Below, piece after piece: positions 22,244 through 31,196 of a DNA stretch of 33,304 nucleotides; position 1 is the first letter of the stretch, and every line of letters begins with the position of its first letter. Made by a program: the position numbers and the translations under genes. Origin of the DNA: a virus. Taxonomy: Duplodnaviria; Heunggongvirae; Uroviricota; Caudoviricetes. Under the pieces are notes generated by a model, which did not search any database, was not told the DNA's origin, and was given only the letters and a program-made list of their open reading frames with translations. Where the stretch lies: the IMG/VR virus record IMGVR_UViG_3300038393_000245, positions 140,289-173,592 of that record; one strand, written 5' to 3'.

Positions 22244-22605
22244 TATCGATTATCTCCACTTCCTTGAAGAGCGTTCCTGTTCGCTCTGTCCCTTAACTTT
22301 TCAATATTGATCTGAGCGATCTCTGAGAGACTCGTCCCGAGGTCGTGAGCGGCAGCCGAGAGATACCATAGTACGTCTCCAACTTCCTTGATGAGAAGAT
22401 CTCTTCGATCCTCGGTAAGAGAGACTCGAGAATCTCCCACAACCTGAGTAAAATTATCGTCTCTCTGAGCCTTCCCTAAGTGCTCTGCAAACTCTCCAGC
22501 CTCACCATTCATCTTAAGACCGACATACACTAGTCCGATCTCGCTTCCGCGTCCTGGATATATTGCAGTCTTAGAGGCCGCTTCTTCATACTCTTCGAAA
22601 GTCAT
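22243..22605 (-). CDS. mazG: MazG-like nucleotide pyrophosphohydrolase
   Basis: GEAGEFAE, KEVGDVLWY, NIEKL..R...L.GSGDNR motifs. Confidence 0.9.
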   Translation of the reverse strand: MTFEEYEEAASKTAIYPGRGSEIGLVYVGLKMNGEAGEFAEHLGKAQRDDNFTQVVGDSRVSLTEDRRDLLIKEVGDVLWYLSAAAHDLGTSLSEIAQINIEKLRDRANRNALQGSGDNR

Positions 22606-22618
22606 TCGGTATTCTTTC

Positions 22619-22783
22619 CTATTCTGCTAGAAACGTCTTGGTACTGATCTCGTTCTCATAGAGAATTTTTTCTCGACCACTATCCTCACGAACTGTAACA
22701 TATCCATGAGTCGAGGTAATAACCGTAACCGACTCATTACTACTCTTAATAATAACTCTCTGTCCTGGAACTAAATTTTTCAT
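22619..22783 (-). CDS. small hypothetical protein
   Basis: Start moved to ATG 22783 (GGAGAGG SD) to remove overlap with nrdJ. Confidence 0.55.
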   Translation of the reverse strand: MKNLVPGQRVIIKSSNESVTVITSTHGYVTVREDSGREKILYENEISTKTFLAE

Positions 22784-22793
22784 ATTCCTCTCC

Positions 22794-24839
22794 TTAAATC
22801 TCACATCCTCCGGCGGTACACGCCAATTCTTGATTTCCGGTAGTTGTATCTTCCTTTTCAAACTCTTGTAGTAGTGACCAATCTACTGATTTAGGCATGT
22901 TCTCAGAATATTTGATATACTCTTCTTCAGTAATCTCCTGATATGGAGCCTGACGATACGTTCCTCCATCATATGGAAGGAACGATACTCCAGATACCAT
23001 ATCAAAGTTTTTAAACATCCACGAACCAGTCTCCATCCACTCATCCTCTTGGACGTTGATTGTTACTGATGGCTTATGCTCGCACCAGTTGTCCTGAAGA
23101 CACTTCCACATCTCTAGAGTATCGATAGCATTTAGGTCGTTCCTAGTGACCGAGCCGAGTGGTGACTTAATTGGAAAATAGAACACGGTGTTCTGATCAT
23201 TCATTAGATCCGGTTCATTAAGAATTCCAATAGACTTCATGAAGTCAGTCAGAGGATCCTTATTGTCTCCCCTCACGGACCTAAGATAGAATGGAGCGAA
23301 TCTGGTATGCATTCCACTAGAGGAATTAACTAACTGAGAGACGGTTCCACTAGGCTTAATGCAGGTAGTGGCGGCAGATTGATTGATCTTTAGCCTCTTC
23401 GCCCATTCTTTATTGACCTCTACTACATAGTCTCGCACCTCAGACAATAGTTCTTCCGCTCCGACCAAAAATCGATTATCACAGACTCCGGTAAGACTTA
23501 CTCCGAGTAGTCTCTCTTCATCGGCATTATCCTTCCATATCTTTCTAAGATACTTAAAGTCTGTAAAAGAAGACTGAATCGTACCGAGAATGGTAGCGAC
23601 TCTAGCCTTCTTCTTTAGAGCCTCGATGGTATCATCGGCTCTTACGACGATCTCTGTGAGATTACAGAAGCCATAAGGACGAAGAATGATCTCGGAACAT
23701 GGATTGGTTCCAAACTCCTGCTCAAAGTCTCTTCGACCATTCCTCTTAGCGATATTCTGGCAAGCAGTTCTCGAGAACATTCCTCTCTCACCGGAGTGAC
23801 TATTATATAGAGAACACCATTCCTTCATGAACAGGCCCGTAGTCGGTCTGTCTCCCTCATACACCGCAGAGTTATTAGCCAGTCTACGATGCCCATGAAG
23901 AACCCACCATCCTAGTTGATTGTTCTTCTCGAGGTTCTCACTATCATACTGAGAGAGCTCAACGATAAGATTCTTTAATCCGTATCCCGGATCGATAAAC
24001 TGAATACTATACTTTTTTGTATTCTCTTCATCGTCTATACTAATAAGGTGATAGTTATCGATGTGAATCGGAGACTTTGCGACCTGCATGTGTGGATCGT
24101 CTACATCCGACAGACTGATCATGGCGGACCTCCTGACTCCACCAACAACTACGATATCCGCTACCATGCACATGAGATCGTGGCACTCGATGGTCGACAG
24201 TCTTCTTCCGGCCGCATTCTTGAACATGGATACGGAGAACTTGAAGAGTCGATCGAGTGGCTCTGGCCCGGAGGCGCGTCCTCCGAAGGTCTTGAGTCGA
24301 GCTCCCGCTGGTCGGATCTTATTCATGTCCCATTTGGGAATGTCTCCGTTATAGAGAAGAGCGATGAGCTGTCTAAACGACTTGGCCCATCCTATCTTTG
24401 AGTCTGGAACCTCAATGACCGTCTGACACTGATGAAACGCCTCGGCTACTTTGGGAAGTTTCTCGGTATACTTTCTCTCTACCGAATATCCAACTCCAGT
24501 TCCACACATCAAGATATACATCGCTTCATCGAATGATCGAGGAGAGTCAACTGGAAGATACGAGCAGTTGTATCCGGCTACATTGCACCTATCGAGAGCG
24601 GGACCGGAGCTCATCAGGGCTCTCATCGATGGCATTACTTCTAGATTATAGATCGAGTCGAATACCTCATTGTACTCGTCTTTGTTAAACCTAGCCGTTT
24701 TATTATAGTGAGTCATGAGACGAGTAACCGTCTCTTCCCACGTCTCTCTCCTCTTCTTTTCTTCTAGCCATCGAGCGTATCGGCTAATGAATATGTATTC
24801 CTGATAGTATGACCCAAAGGGATTCTTTCTAGTACTCAC
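22794..24839 (-). CDS. nrdJ: class II (adenosylcobalamin-dependent) ribonucleotide reductase, monomeric type
   Basis: YNCSY, TNPCSEI, FCNLTE, TCIKPSGTVSQL, HKPSVT, C-terminal CTAGGCEI. Confidence 0.93.
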   Translation of the reverse strand: MSTRKNPFGSYYQEYIFISRYARWLEEKKRRETWEETVTRLMTHYNKTARFNKDEYNEVFDSIYNLEVMPSMRALMSSGPALDRCNVAGYNCSYLPVDSPRSFDEAMYILMCGTGVGYSVERKYTEKLPKVAEAFHQCQTVIEVPDSKIGWAKSFRQLIALLYNGDIPKWDMNKIRPAGARLKTFGGRASGPEPLDRLFKFSVSMFKNAAGRRLSTIECHDLMCMVADIVVVGGVRRSAMISLSDVDDPHMQVAKSPIHIDNYHLISIDDEENTKKYSIQFIDPGYGLKNLIVELSQYDSENLEKNNQLGWWVLHGHRRLANNSAVYEGDRPTTGLFMKEWCSLYNSHSGERGMFSRTACQNIAKRNGRRDFEQEFGTNPCSEIILRPYGFCNLTEIVVRADDTIEALKKKARVATILGTIQSSFTDFKYLRKIWKDNADEERLLGVSLTGVCDNRFLVGAEELLSEVRDYVVEVNKEWAKRLKINQSAATTCIKPSGTVSQLVNSSSGMHTRFAPFYLRSVRGDNKDPLTDFMKSIGILNEPDLMNDQNTVFYFPIKSPLGSVTRNDLNAIDTLEMWKCLQDNWCEHKPSVTINVQEDEWMETGSWMFKNFDMVSGVSFLPYDGGTYRQAPYQEITEEEYIKYSENMPKSVDWSLLQEFEKEDTTTGNQELACTAGGCEI

Positions 24840-25063
24840 TTTTCGTTCTTGCTCCGTAATTCTTTACTACGACAAAATTCGTAGTTCTTATTGTTCCATT
24901 TAAGTTTAATAGTATCGCAGTAACCAGTGAAGAGTTCATACTTGACGTGTTCATTAAAATAATTCTGAGCAGTATACCACGAGCAAGGTACGTCAAAGTC
25001 ATGAGTAGAGTCCGCGACTAGTTCTCCATTGTTAAAGAGTTGGACGACGATTCTAGTGTTCAT
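24836..25063 (-). CDS. hypothetical protein
   Basis: Coupled between thyX and nrdJ. Confidence 0.6.
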   Translation of the reverse strand: MNTRIVVQLFNNGELVADSTHDFDVPCSWYTAQNYFNEHVKYELFTGYCDTIKLKWNNKNYEFCRSKELRSKNEK

Positions 25064-25724
25064 GAACTTGAATCACCTCGGTCATCCATGTAAAATACTT
25101 GATGAGTTCATTCCAGGCCGACTCGGCAACGATCTTGTGCTCCTTCTGAGTTCCATTTCCCATTCGAAGAGCACAATAGTGTATCCAGCTCCTCAGAGTT
25201 CCGGCCATGTACATCCTAGATACCGTTAATCCCTCTGGAAGAAAGCACCGAGCCTGTTCCTTAGCGATTCCTTTATCAATAGACCATTGATAGGCCGATA
25301 GAGAGGTCTTGTTGACCTTCCATTGCCAGTATTCAAACTCTCTCTGGAGAGGCTTATTGTCTATCTCCAGAGAGTTCTGTCTGTTCTTATTATCCTGTAG
25401 TCTCGCCTCTCGATTTTCGATAAAACCGAGATCCTTAGTAGGATCGGCGTATCTCTGAGAGAACTCTTGAAATGAGAATGATCGGTGACGAAGAATCTGT
25501 CTAGCGATATCTCGAGTAGTAGTGATCTCCATAGTGACGGAGGCCATCTCGAATGGACTAAAATGAGCGTTTCTAATAAGATATTTTAAAAGCTTCTCAC
25601 TAGTTTCACTATTTAATTGATTGCTAGGATTAGATACTCTAGCCGAATATGTAATAAAATCATTAATGTTTTGAACGCCCTCCACTACTGGCTGAGTAAG
25701 AGCGACTATTTTCGCAGAATTCAT
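25053..25724 (-). CDS. thyX: flavin-dependent thymidylate synthase
   Basis: HFSPFE, RQILRHRSFSFQEFSQRY, EQARCFLP, RSWIHY, QKEH; start ATG 25724 coupled to upstream TGA. Confidence 0.95.
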   Translation of the reverse strand: MNSAKIVALTQPVVEGVQNINDFITYSARVSNPSNQLNSETSEKLLKYLIRNAHFSPFEMASVTMEITTTRDIARQILRHRSFSFQEFSQRYADPTKDLGFIENREARLQDNKNRQNSLEIDNKPLQREFEYWQWKVNKTSLSAYQWSIDKGIAKEQARCFLPEGLTVSRMYMAGTLRSWIHYCALRMGNGTQKEHKIVAESAWNELIKYFTWMTEVIQVHEH

Positions 25725-26308
25725 ATTCTGTCCTTGCACTTATCAAAATGTTCTCTAAACATCCACGCTCCACCAACTTTATTACAGTGAGGACATACAT
25801 ATTGTTTTCTTGGTTGACCACAGTTTTCACCGTGCCATCTTATTAAATTTGCTTTACCTACAACTTTCTTTTTACACTTATAACATTCATATTCTTTAGT
25901 TAAACATTCAATAAATTTTTGACCTCCACCCTGATGTTTTATCCATTCTTCAGAATAAGTTCGGTGATGATTTTGGCTGATTTTCTTTACTATTTCGTCT
26001 CGCCTTGGGTGATGACTGATTGTATCTCCTCCATCACCACCTCGAGCAATATTAACACAATCTTCTTCTAAAATAAGCTTCTTCTCAAGAGCATGAGCTT
26101 CTGATTTAGTTAGATTATCGACAACTAAAATACTCTCAAATGAATTGGGATACTTATTGAATGCCCTTTGAAGAACAATATTATGATGATTGTCCCGGTT
26201 TAGATCATACAAATGACGACCTATACGATTTTCTAACTCACAAGAACATCCGAAATACGTATGGCTCCCTATCCTAATTTTGTAGACGCAATACATCGCT
26301 GAATTCAT
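25721..26308 (-). mobile_element. free-standing GIY-YIG homing endonuclease (Seg-like)
   Basis: CVYKI..TYFG..R..RH...L...H.N..LQRAFNKY, E..LI, N...GG.GG, two C-terminal CxxC-WH/HF units; sits between primase and thyX. Confidence 0.8.
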
Positions 26309-27327
26309 ACTCTCTTCCACTCGTTCAATTGTAACTCGGCCCGAAGACCGGTGAATGTATTTCTATCTATAATCTCTCGAACATTGCTCGGAGATAAATT
26401 TTCATTCATTACCATATCGTTCACATCCTTACTCTGCAAACCATCTGGCCATATACACACCTTTAATCCATGTCGAATACACTTTCCAATCTTTTTAACC
26501 GTCTCTTTAGATCGAGGCTCATTATCAAACACTATTATAGAGTTGTCTAGATTAAGATACTTTAGAGTAGACATCTCGACTCCACCAGCAGTGGCTACCG
26601 AGTTAGGGATAAACATCGCGTCGATGGGTCCCTCTAGAACATATGATCTATTCCCTCGGTCATATTTGTCCAGACCCCATATCTTCGGAACACTCTCATC
26701 TAGAACGATAGTTGTGTATCGATGGTTAGACTTTCCCTCGAAGTTTCGACCTTGAAGAGCGTGCATCCTTCCGTCTGAATTAATAAACGGTATGACGAGA
26801 GCCGGACCATCATGAGCCAGAGCACCCTCATTAAATTTACCAGGAATGAACCCATTGACCCACGACATGAACTTTGGAGAATAGAACAGCCTATGATGCT
26901 GTTCCGATGGAATTCTTCGACTCACGACGTACTGCTTACAGAAGTGATCGCTCTTAAGCTGACTCACCTTCTTTAATTCATTGAGAGCCGTATCCGCTAT
27001 GTATTTCGGCTTCCTATAATTGAGGACTGGATCCTCTGTCTTCTTTTCTCTACTATCCTCGGCCATCTTCTCCTTAAGATAGTCGCCGTACACGAACTCA
27101 TCTACAGACTTAATGAACTTAGGAACATTCATGGTACCACATCCATTATGACAATGGAATAGATACTTTCCTTCCTTAACGTAGATGTAGGCTCGAGCCT
27201 TACGCTTATCCTTAGAGGAGTCTCCACAGATGGGACACGAGAAGTTCCATAGAGTTCCAGACTTACGCTTGAAGTTACGCAGTCTAGTACTCAGGATTCC
27301 TATATACTTTACTTCCAACCAGGACAT
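26305..27327 (-). CDS. 61: T4-type DNA primase (gp61)
   Basis: NFSCPICGDS...KAR, CHNGC zinc-binding domain, QGR, EGPIDAMF, FDNEPR, KDVNDM. Confidence 0.95.
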   Translation of the reverse strand: MSWLEVKYIGILSTRLRNFKRKSGTLWNFSCPICGDSSKDKRKARAYIYVKEGKYLFHCHNGCGTMNVPKFIKSVDEFVYGDYLKEKMAEDSREKKTEDPVLNYRKPKYIADTALNELKKVSQLKSDHFCKQYVVSRRIPSEQHHRLFYSPKFMSWVNGFIPGKFNEGALAHDGPALVIPFINSDGRMHALQGRNFEGKSNHRYTTIVLDESVPKIWGLDKYDRGNRSYVLEGPIDAMFIPNSVATAGGVEMSTLKYLNLDNSIIVFDNEPRSKETVKKIGKCIRHGLKVCIWPDGLQSKDVNDMVMNENLSPSNVREIIDRNTFTGLRAELQLNEWKRV

Positions 27328-27401
27328 AATCTCATACACTCACTAACAACAACTAGAAGCACTAGCTGATAATATAGACACTAACTTTATTGGGATACCC
27401 A

Positions 27402-27430
27402 CTTATAACACAGGTATAAGATATTGTAAA
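27402..27430 (-). promoter_or_regulatory. sigma70-type promoter TTTACA-N17-TATAAG
   Basis: 17-nt spacer, upstream of primase. Confidence 0.65.
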
Positions 27431-27440
27431 GGGTTTTCTG

Positions 27441-29177
27441 TTATCTGCCGTGCCAAATAATACCATTGTTGCCGCGAGCACGAGTTCCAAACAGATTAGT
27501 TCTAGGATCGTCTTTATGGTGCGATGGATCAGTAGCCTTCCATGAGGATATCAGCTGAGTTCTATCCGGTCTAGATCTGTGTCGATACTGATTAACATAC
27601 TTTTCTTCTAAGTCAGGCCGTTTTTCGATAGTATCGATTTTATCCTGAGAGTGAACCCATGGACTGTTAAGCGCAGATAGTTTAATCTCGTCGTCTGGAT
27701 CGTTTAAGAAGTGTTTAGCGTGTTTTTTAGCAGCTTCATTTCCGGCGATAAAGTATTGCTTGACTGTTCTTGAGCCGTGATTCTTGATAAGATCAATATC
27801 TTCATCAGTCATATCACGCCGGTGACCGAACCCTCCATAACCGGAGAAGATTCCCTCTCCCTTTGCAGCCATGACTTTCTGTTCCCTAGACAAATTTCCT
27901 GCTGACGCTAGATAACCCGGCCAAGAAGGAGTGTATCCCTTCCACGGCTTAAAACTTCCGTCTGGAACTTGTCGAGTTAGAAGATGAGAGATTTGATCGG
28001 GCCGGAGTTCTTTGTGATACTTTTCGCGATCGGAATCGTCTTTTCCATAGATCTGAGTATGATATAGAAGTTGACCTAGATCTACATCCCTTCCATTTCG
28101 AACAATATGGTCTACAACGGTATCATCGAATTTGGGATGAGAGTACACGCCTTCAGACGGTTCACTCCACTCGTTGTGGTATTTGTCATAGTCTTTAGTT
28201 GCGGCATTAATAATGTCCTGGTGAGATACATCAGGGTGATTCATTAAAACATGCTTACGAACACTTATCTCTGGATGATTGAGTCCTTCGATAGAATTCT
28301 TAGCTTTATTAGCTTCATCTTCGTATTCTGCGATATGGTTTAGAATACCTTCGTGTTCGATGTGGCCAACACGATCGGTTTCTCTTCCCGGAAGAGCTAC
28401 AGGGTGATCTTTCTCATTCATGATCTGATTAGACGAATAATGATACTGATACTTCTCACCAGGATAACTAGCTTTGTGAGGGATGTAGATATGAAGAGGG
28501 CCGTCCTGATTATATTCACTAAACGTTCTCTCTTGGTCTTCTGGATCGTCAGTCGCAGCAGTGCACCAACGAGTTCCCTTACCAAAGTGTGCGGCCGCTT
28601 CCGGAGTGTGTGGGATGATGTGAGTGAAGCCGTTTTCTGGATACTCTTCGTTGTGCTCAGTAATCGTAGCCTGTCCCTTCATCTTTTCGTGCTGAGTCTT
28701 ATCTTCCTGACGAGCAGATGTCTTATCCTTATGAGCGTCTACAATATCTTCAATCTGATTAAGAGTCTTATATCGACCTATGTCTCTGTGTTCTGCTGGG
28801 ATAATCTTTCGTGACGCTAGATCGTGAAAATCACGAAGAGCTGGTTTCCCTCGAGAAAATACATCCTCGTGGCGATTAAATCCACCATTTCCGTAGATTC
28901 GTGCTATATGCTGAACGTATTTCTTCTGAGGAGTTGGATCGGCTTCTTCGAATTGACTCATCAATTCGTGTTTAGCCTTCTCTTCATTAGTTCCTGGATG
29001 GGAATTCTTAACACGACCTTGGTGCAGACCCTGAACGTCGCGAAGATATGAGTCACCATGTTCTTCACGTCCCAGTGCAACCTTAAGTGCTTTATCTCCA
29101 TGCTGAGCAATCGTCTTATCTCGATCATATTCTAGGAGAAGAAAACACTCAAAGAGAAGATTATGAATAGTCTTCAT
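27441..29177 (-). CDS. large hypothetical protein with PcfJ-like core (G.GTRWCT), possibly virion-packaged
   Basis: ADPTP.KKY, DI..YKT...IE, AAAHFGKGTRWCT, Y...GPL, KYQ motifs. Confidence 0.6.
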   Translation of the reverse strand: MKTIHNLLFECFLLLEYDRDKTIAQHGDKALKVALGREEHGDSYLRDVQGLHQGRVKNSHPGTNEEKAKHELMSQFEEADPTPQKKYVQHIARIYGNGGFNRHEDVFSRGKPALRDFHDLASRKIIPAEHRDIGRYKTLNQIEDIVDAHKDKTSARQEDKTQHEKMKGQATITEHNEEYPENGFTHIIPHTPEAAAHFGKGTRWCTAATDDPEDQERTFSEYNQDGPLHIYIPHKASYPGEKYQYHYSSNQIMNEKDHPVALPGRETDRVGHIEHEGILNHIAEYEDEANKAKNSIEGLNHPEISVRKHVLMNHPDVSHQDIINAATKDYDKYHNEWSEPSEGVYSHPKFDDTVVDHIVRNGRDVDLGQLLYHTQIYGKDDSDREKYHKELRPDQISHLLTRQVPDGSFKPWKGYTPSWPGYLASAGNLSREQKVMAAKGEGIFSGYGGFGHRRDMTDEDIDLIKNHGSRTVKQYFIAGNEAAKKHAKHFLNDPDDEIKLSALNSPWVHSQDKIDTIEKRPDLEEKYVNQYRHRSRPDRTQLISSWKATDPSHHKDDPRTNLFGTRARGNNGIIWHGR

Positions 29178-29186
29178 AGAATATTC

Positions 29187-29678
29187 TTACTGGAACAATT
29201 GTAAAACACCAACAACCTGTGATAGAAGGAATCCTATTACGGCAGCTCCTCCTATTGCTAACCATTGAACTCTTTCAATGGTGCTTATCTTGTTGTTAAT
29301 CTTGTCGATCTTATCGTCGAAATCTTTAGTAATATCAGATTTTGCTACTTCGTTCTGCTCACGAAGATCACCGCTCAGGTCATTCATGTCGGTTCTCAGA
29401 CTCTTGATCTCTGTTAGAATCTCTTTTTGATGTTCGGTCATTTCCGTACGCAACCTTTGCTCTGCGGAAGTGACTCTAGAATGAAGCTCGTCGGCTCTTC
29501 CGTCAAGCTTTCTGGAAGCCTCTTCCTGTGCTTCTAATCTTTGCTCATGCACTGCTAGCAATTTCGAAACATTCAAAGAGACTTCAGTAATCTTATCAAG
29601 CGCAGCATCTACTCTGCTCAGAAGAACTTCCTGACCAGCAACTTTCTTTTCTACATCAATAAGACGCTGTTGTTCCAT
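29187..29678 (-). CDS. coiled-coil protein with C-terminal TM segment
   Basis: LLAVHEQRL, heptad pattern, IERVQWLAIGGAAVIGFLL. Confidence 0.7.
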   Translation of the reverse strand: MEQQRLIDVEKKVAGQEVLLSRVDAALDKITEVSLNVSKLLAVHEQRLEAQEEASRKLDGRADELHSRVTSAEQRLRTEMTEHQKEILTEIKSLRTDMNDLSGDLREQNEVAKSDITKDFDDKIDKINNKISTIERVQWLAIGGAAVIGFLLSQVVGVLQLFQ

Positions 29679-29836
29679 CAAGATTTCCTAGTGAGCATTT
29701 TCGCTCTATTTAGAATGACCTTAAGAGACTTCTTCTTCGGAACGCCTGGTTCCGAGTTCGGGTATGGTCCTGTTCCAATTCCAGAAACGGCCCCAGAACC
29801 AGCGCAATTAGCGGGAACTGCATCTTCTTTAATCAT
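29678..29836 (-). CDS. small hypothetical protein (52 aa)
   Basis: Not in ORF track. MIKEDAVPANCAGSGAVSGIGTGPYPNSEPGVPKKKSLKVILNRAKMLTRKS; coupled at both ends. Confidence 0.65.
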   Translation of the reverse strand: MIKEDAVPANCAGSGAVSGIGTGPYPNSEPGVPKKKSLKVILNRAKMLTRKS

Positions 29837-30222
29837 ATCTTCCTCAAAACATCGATAATGTATTGATCCATTGGAATAATGTCTGTATCTATAATCTTCT
29901 GTTTACGAATTCCATATACTCGATCTGGAAGAATATTCAGAAGAATTAGAAACGGCTTAATATACACAAGGTGCTTATCCAACTTGAGGAAGAGCATTCG
30001 CACGAGTGGAGAAGCACCGAAAACATTATTCAATACGATAAGATGATTAAGAATTAATCTTTCTTGTAAGTCACCTTCTTTTACATATCTAGTTAAGAGC
30101 TTCTTAATATATTTAAACCGATTTAAATCTTCATTAAATTCATCGATGGAGCAACACTGTGGATTATCATAGTGCTTCATCGCGTACATTATAAAATTGT
30201 CATCGGTCAACTTATCGAACAT
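29833..30222 (-). CDS. conserved T4-like hypothetical protein
   Basis: NF..YAMKHYDNPQC....EF.EDL.RFKYIK.LL..Y...G.L.ERLILNH.I.L.NVFG pattern. Confidence 0.8.
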   Translation of the reverse strand: MFDKLTDDNFIMYAMKHYDNPQCCSIDEFNEDLNRFKYIKKLLTRYVKEGDLQERLILNHLIVLNNVFGASPLVRMLFLKLDKHLVYIKPFLILLNILPDRVYGIRKQKIIDTDIIPMDQYIIDVLRKI

Positions 30223-30227
30223 CGTAT

Positions 30228-30255
30228 ACACAAGGAGAGGACCGAAGCCCTCTCC
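30228..30255 (-). terminator. UUCG hairpin / terminator
   Basis: GGAGAGGGC-TTCG-GTCCTCTCC followed by TTGTGT. Confidence 0.65.
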
Positions 30256-30263
30256 AAAATCTG

Positions 30264-30746
30264 TTACGCGAGAGTTGAATTGTTACTGGTCATTCCAGTG
30301 AGAGCGACTAGAACCTCTGTCTGAACTCTTCCAGCTCTTCCTCCAAGAACAGGGGTTAGAGTAGCTCCAGTTCCGGCTGAAGTAGTAATAGATACGTTAG
30401 CCGTAGATACGTTAATGAAACCAGTTCCATTAGCTCCCAGAGTAACAGTGGTGATCGCACCATTAGCGTCAGTAGCAATGGTTCCAGTAGCGTTGGTAAG
30501 ACCACCAGAGATGTTGATGGTATCGGTGTTGGCGTATCCAGAACCAGCAACAGTTATGGTGATCGATTTTACCGGACCGGTCCCTCTCTGAACTCGGGTC
30601 CATCCCGTGTGAGTTTGATGAGCGTACTCTTCGTCCCCAAGACCAACGACCTGAGTTCCGTACAGGTCAGTACCAGTATTAGCACTGTTAGCGTTAATCT
30701 TGTACGTTGGAGCGCCGGCTTGTGAGTCGTCGTTAGTCCAAGACAT
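30264..30746 (-). CDS. putative virion structural protein
   Basis: H.GW and GR..TEVLVA termini around T/G/A-rich beta repeats; late promoter and AAGGAG SD. Confidence 0.65.
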   Translation of the reverse strand: MSWTNDDSQAGAPTYKINANSANTGTDLYGTQVVGLGDEEYAHQTHTGWTRVQRGTGPVKSITITVAGSGYANTDTINISGGLTNATGTIATDANGAITTVTLGANGTGFINVSTANVSITTSAGTGATLTPVLGGRAGRVQTEVLVALTGMTSNNSTLA

Positions 30747-30771
30747 TAAGGTTTCTCCTTTGATTTTGTTC

Positions 30772-30779
30772 TATTTATA
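30772..30779 (-). promoter_or_regulatory. T4-type late promoter TATAAATA
   Basis: Exact consensus, intergenic. Confidence 0.8.
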
Positions 30780-30782
30780 GGA

Positions 30783-31196
30783 TTAAGAATTCGCCTGTGG
30801 ATCGTTAACGATCTCTCCGTCCTCATGTCGAGCCTTACGAGGGCGACCTCTTCGTCTCAGTCTAGCTTCTTCAAGAGTCTTATCAACTTCTTCCTTAGCG
30901 ATCTTCTTAGCAACCATATTAATTCCCTTGCGGCGCTTGTCAACCGATCGAGCCTGATTTTTGAAGTGGTCATCGTATTCATCTTGATCGATGTCACCTA
31001 CATCCTTATGGAGCTGAGCTCCCTCTGATTCGTTATCATCTCCGTAGTGCTGTACATCATAATGCTCTTCGCCCTGTCCAAGTTCTTTGGCACTAGTATG
31101 TAGAGATCTAGATGCCTTCTTGAGATAGCGCCCCATAAGAGCTTTTGAGACCTCAAGCAGAGCAGTTCCTTCTGATACTTCTTTGATAATGCTCAT
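30783..31196 (-). CDS. putative internal head protein
   Basis: LLEVSK.LMGRY.KKA module, LEE motif, RRRGRPRK AT-hook-like stretch. Confidence 0.5.
   Translation of the reverse strand: MSIIKEVSEGTALLEVSKALMGRYLKKASRSLHTSAKELGQGEEHYDVQHYGDDNESEGAQLHKDVGDIDQDEYDDHFKNQARSVDKRRKGINMVAKKIAKEEVDKTLEEARLRRRGRPRKARHEDGEIVNDPQANS

Noticed and set aside
23913-24071. Intein or group I intron in nrdJ
   Set aside because: Only 53 aa, no C-terminal His-Asn followed by Cys/Ser/Thr, frame is open, and I could see no group I core elements
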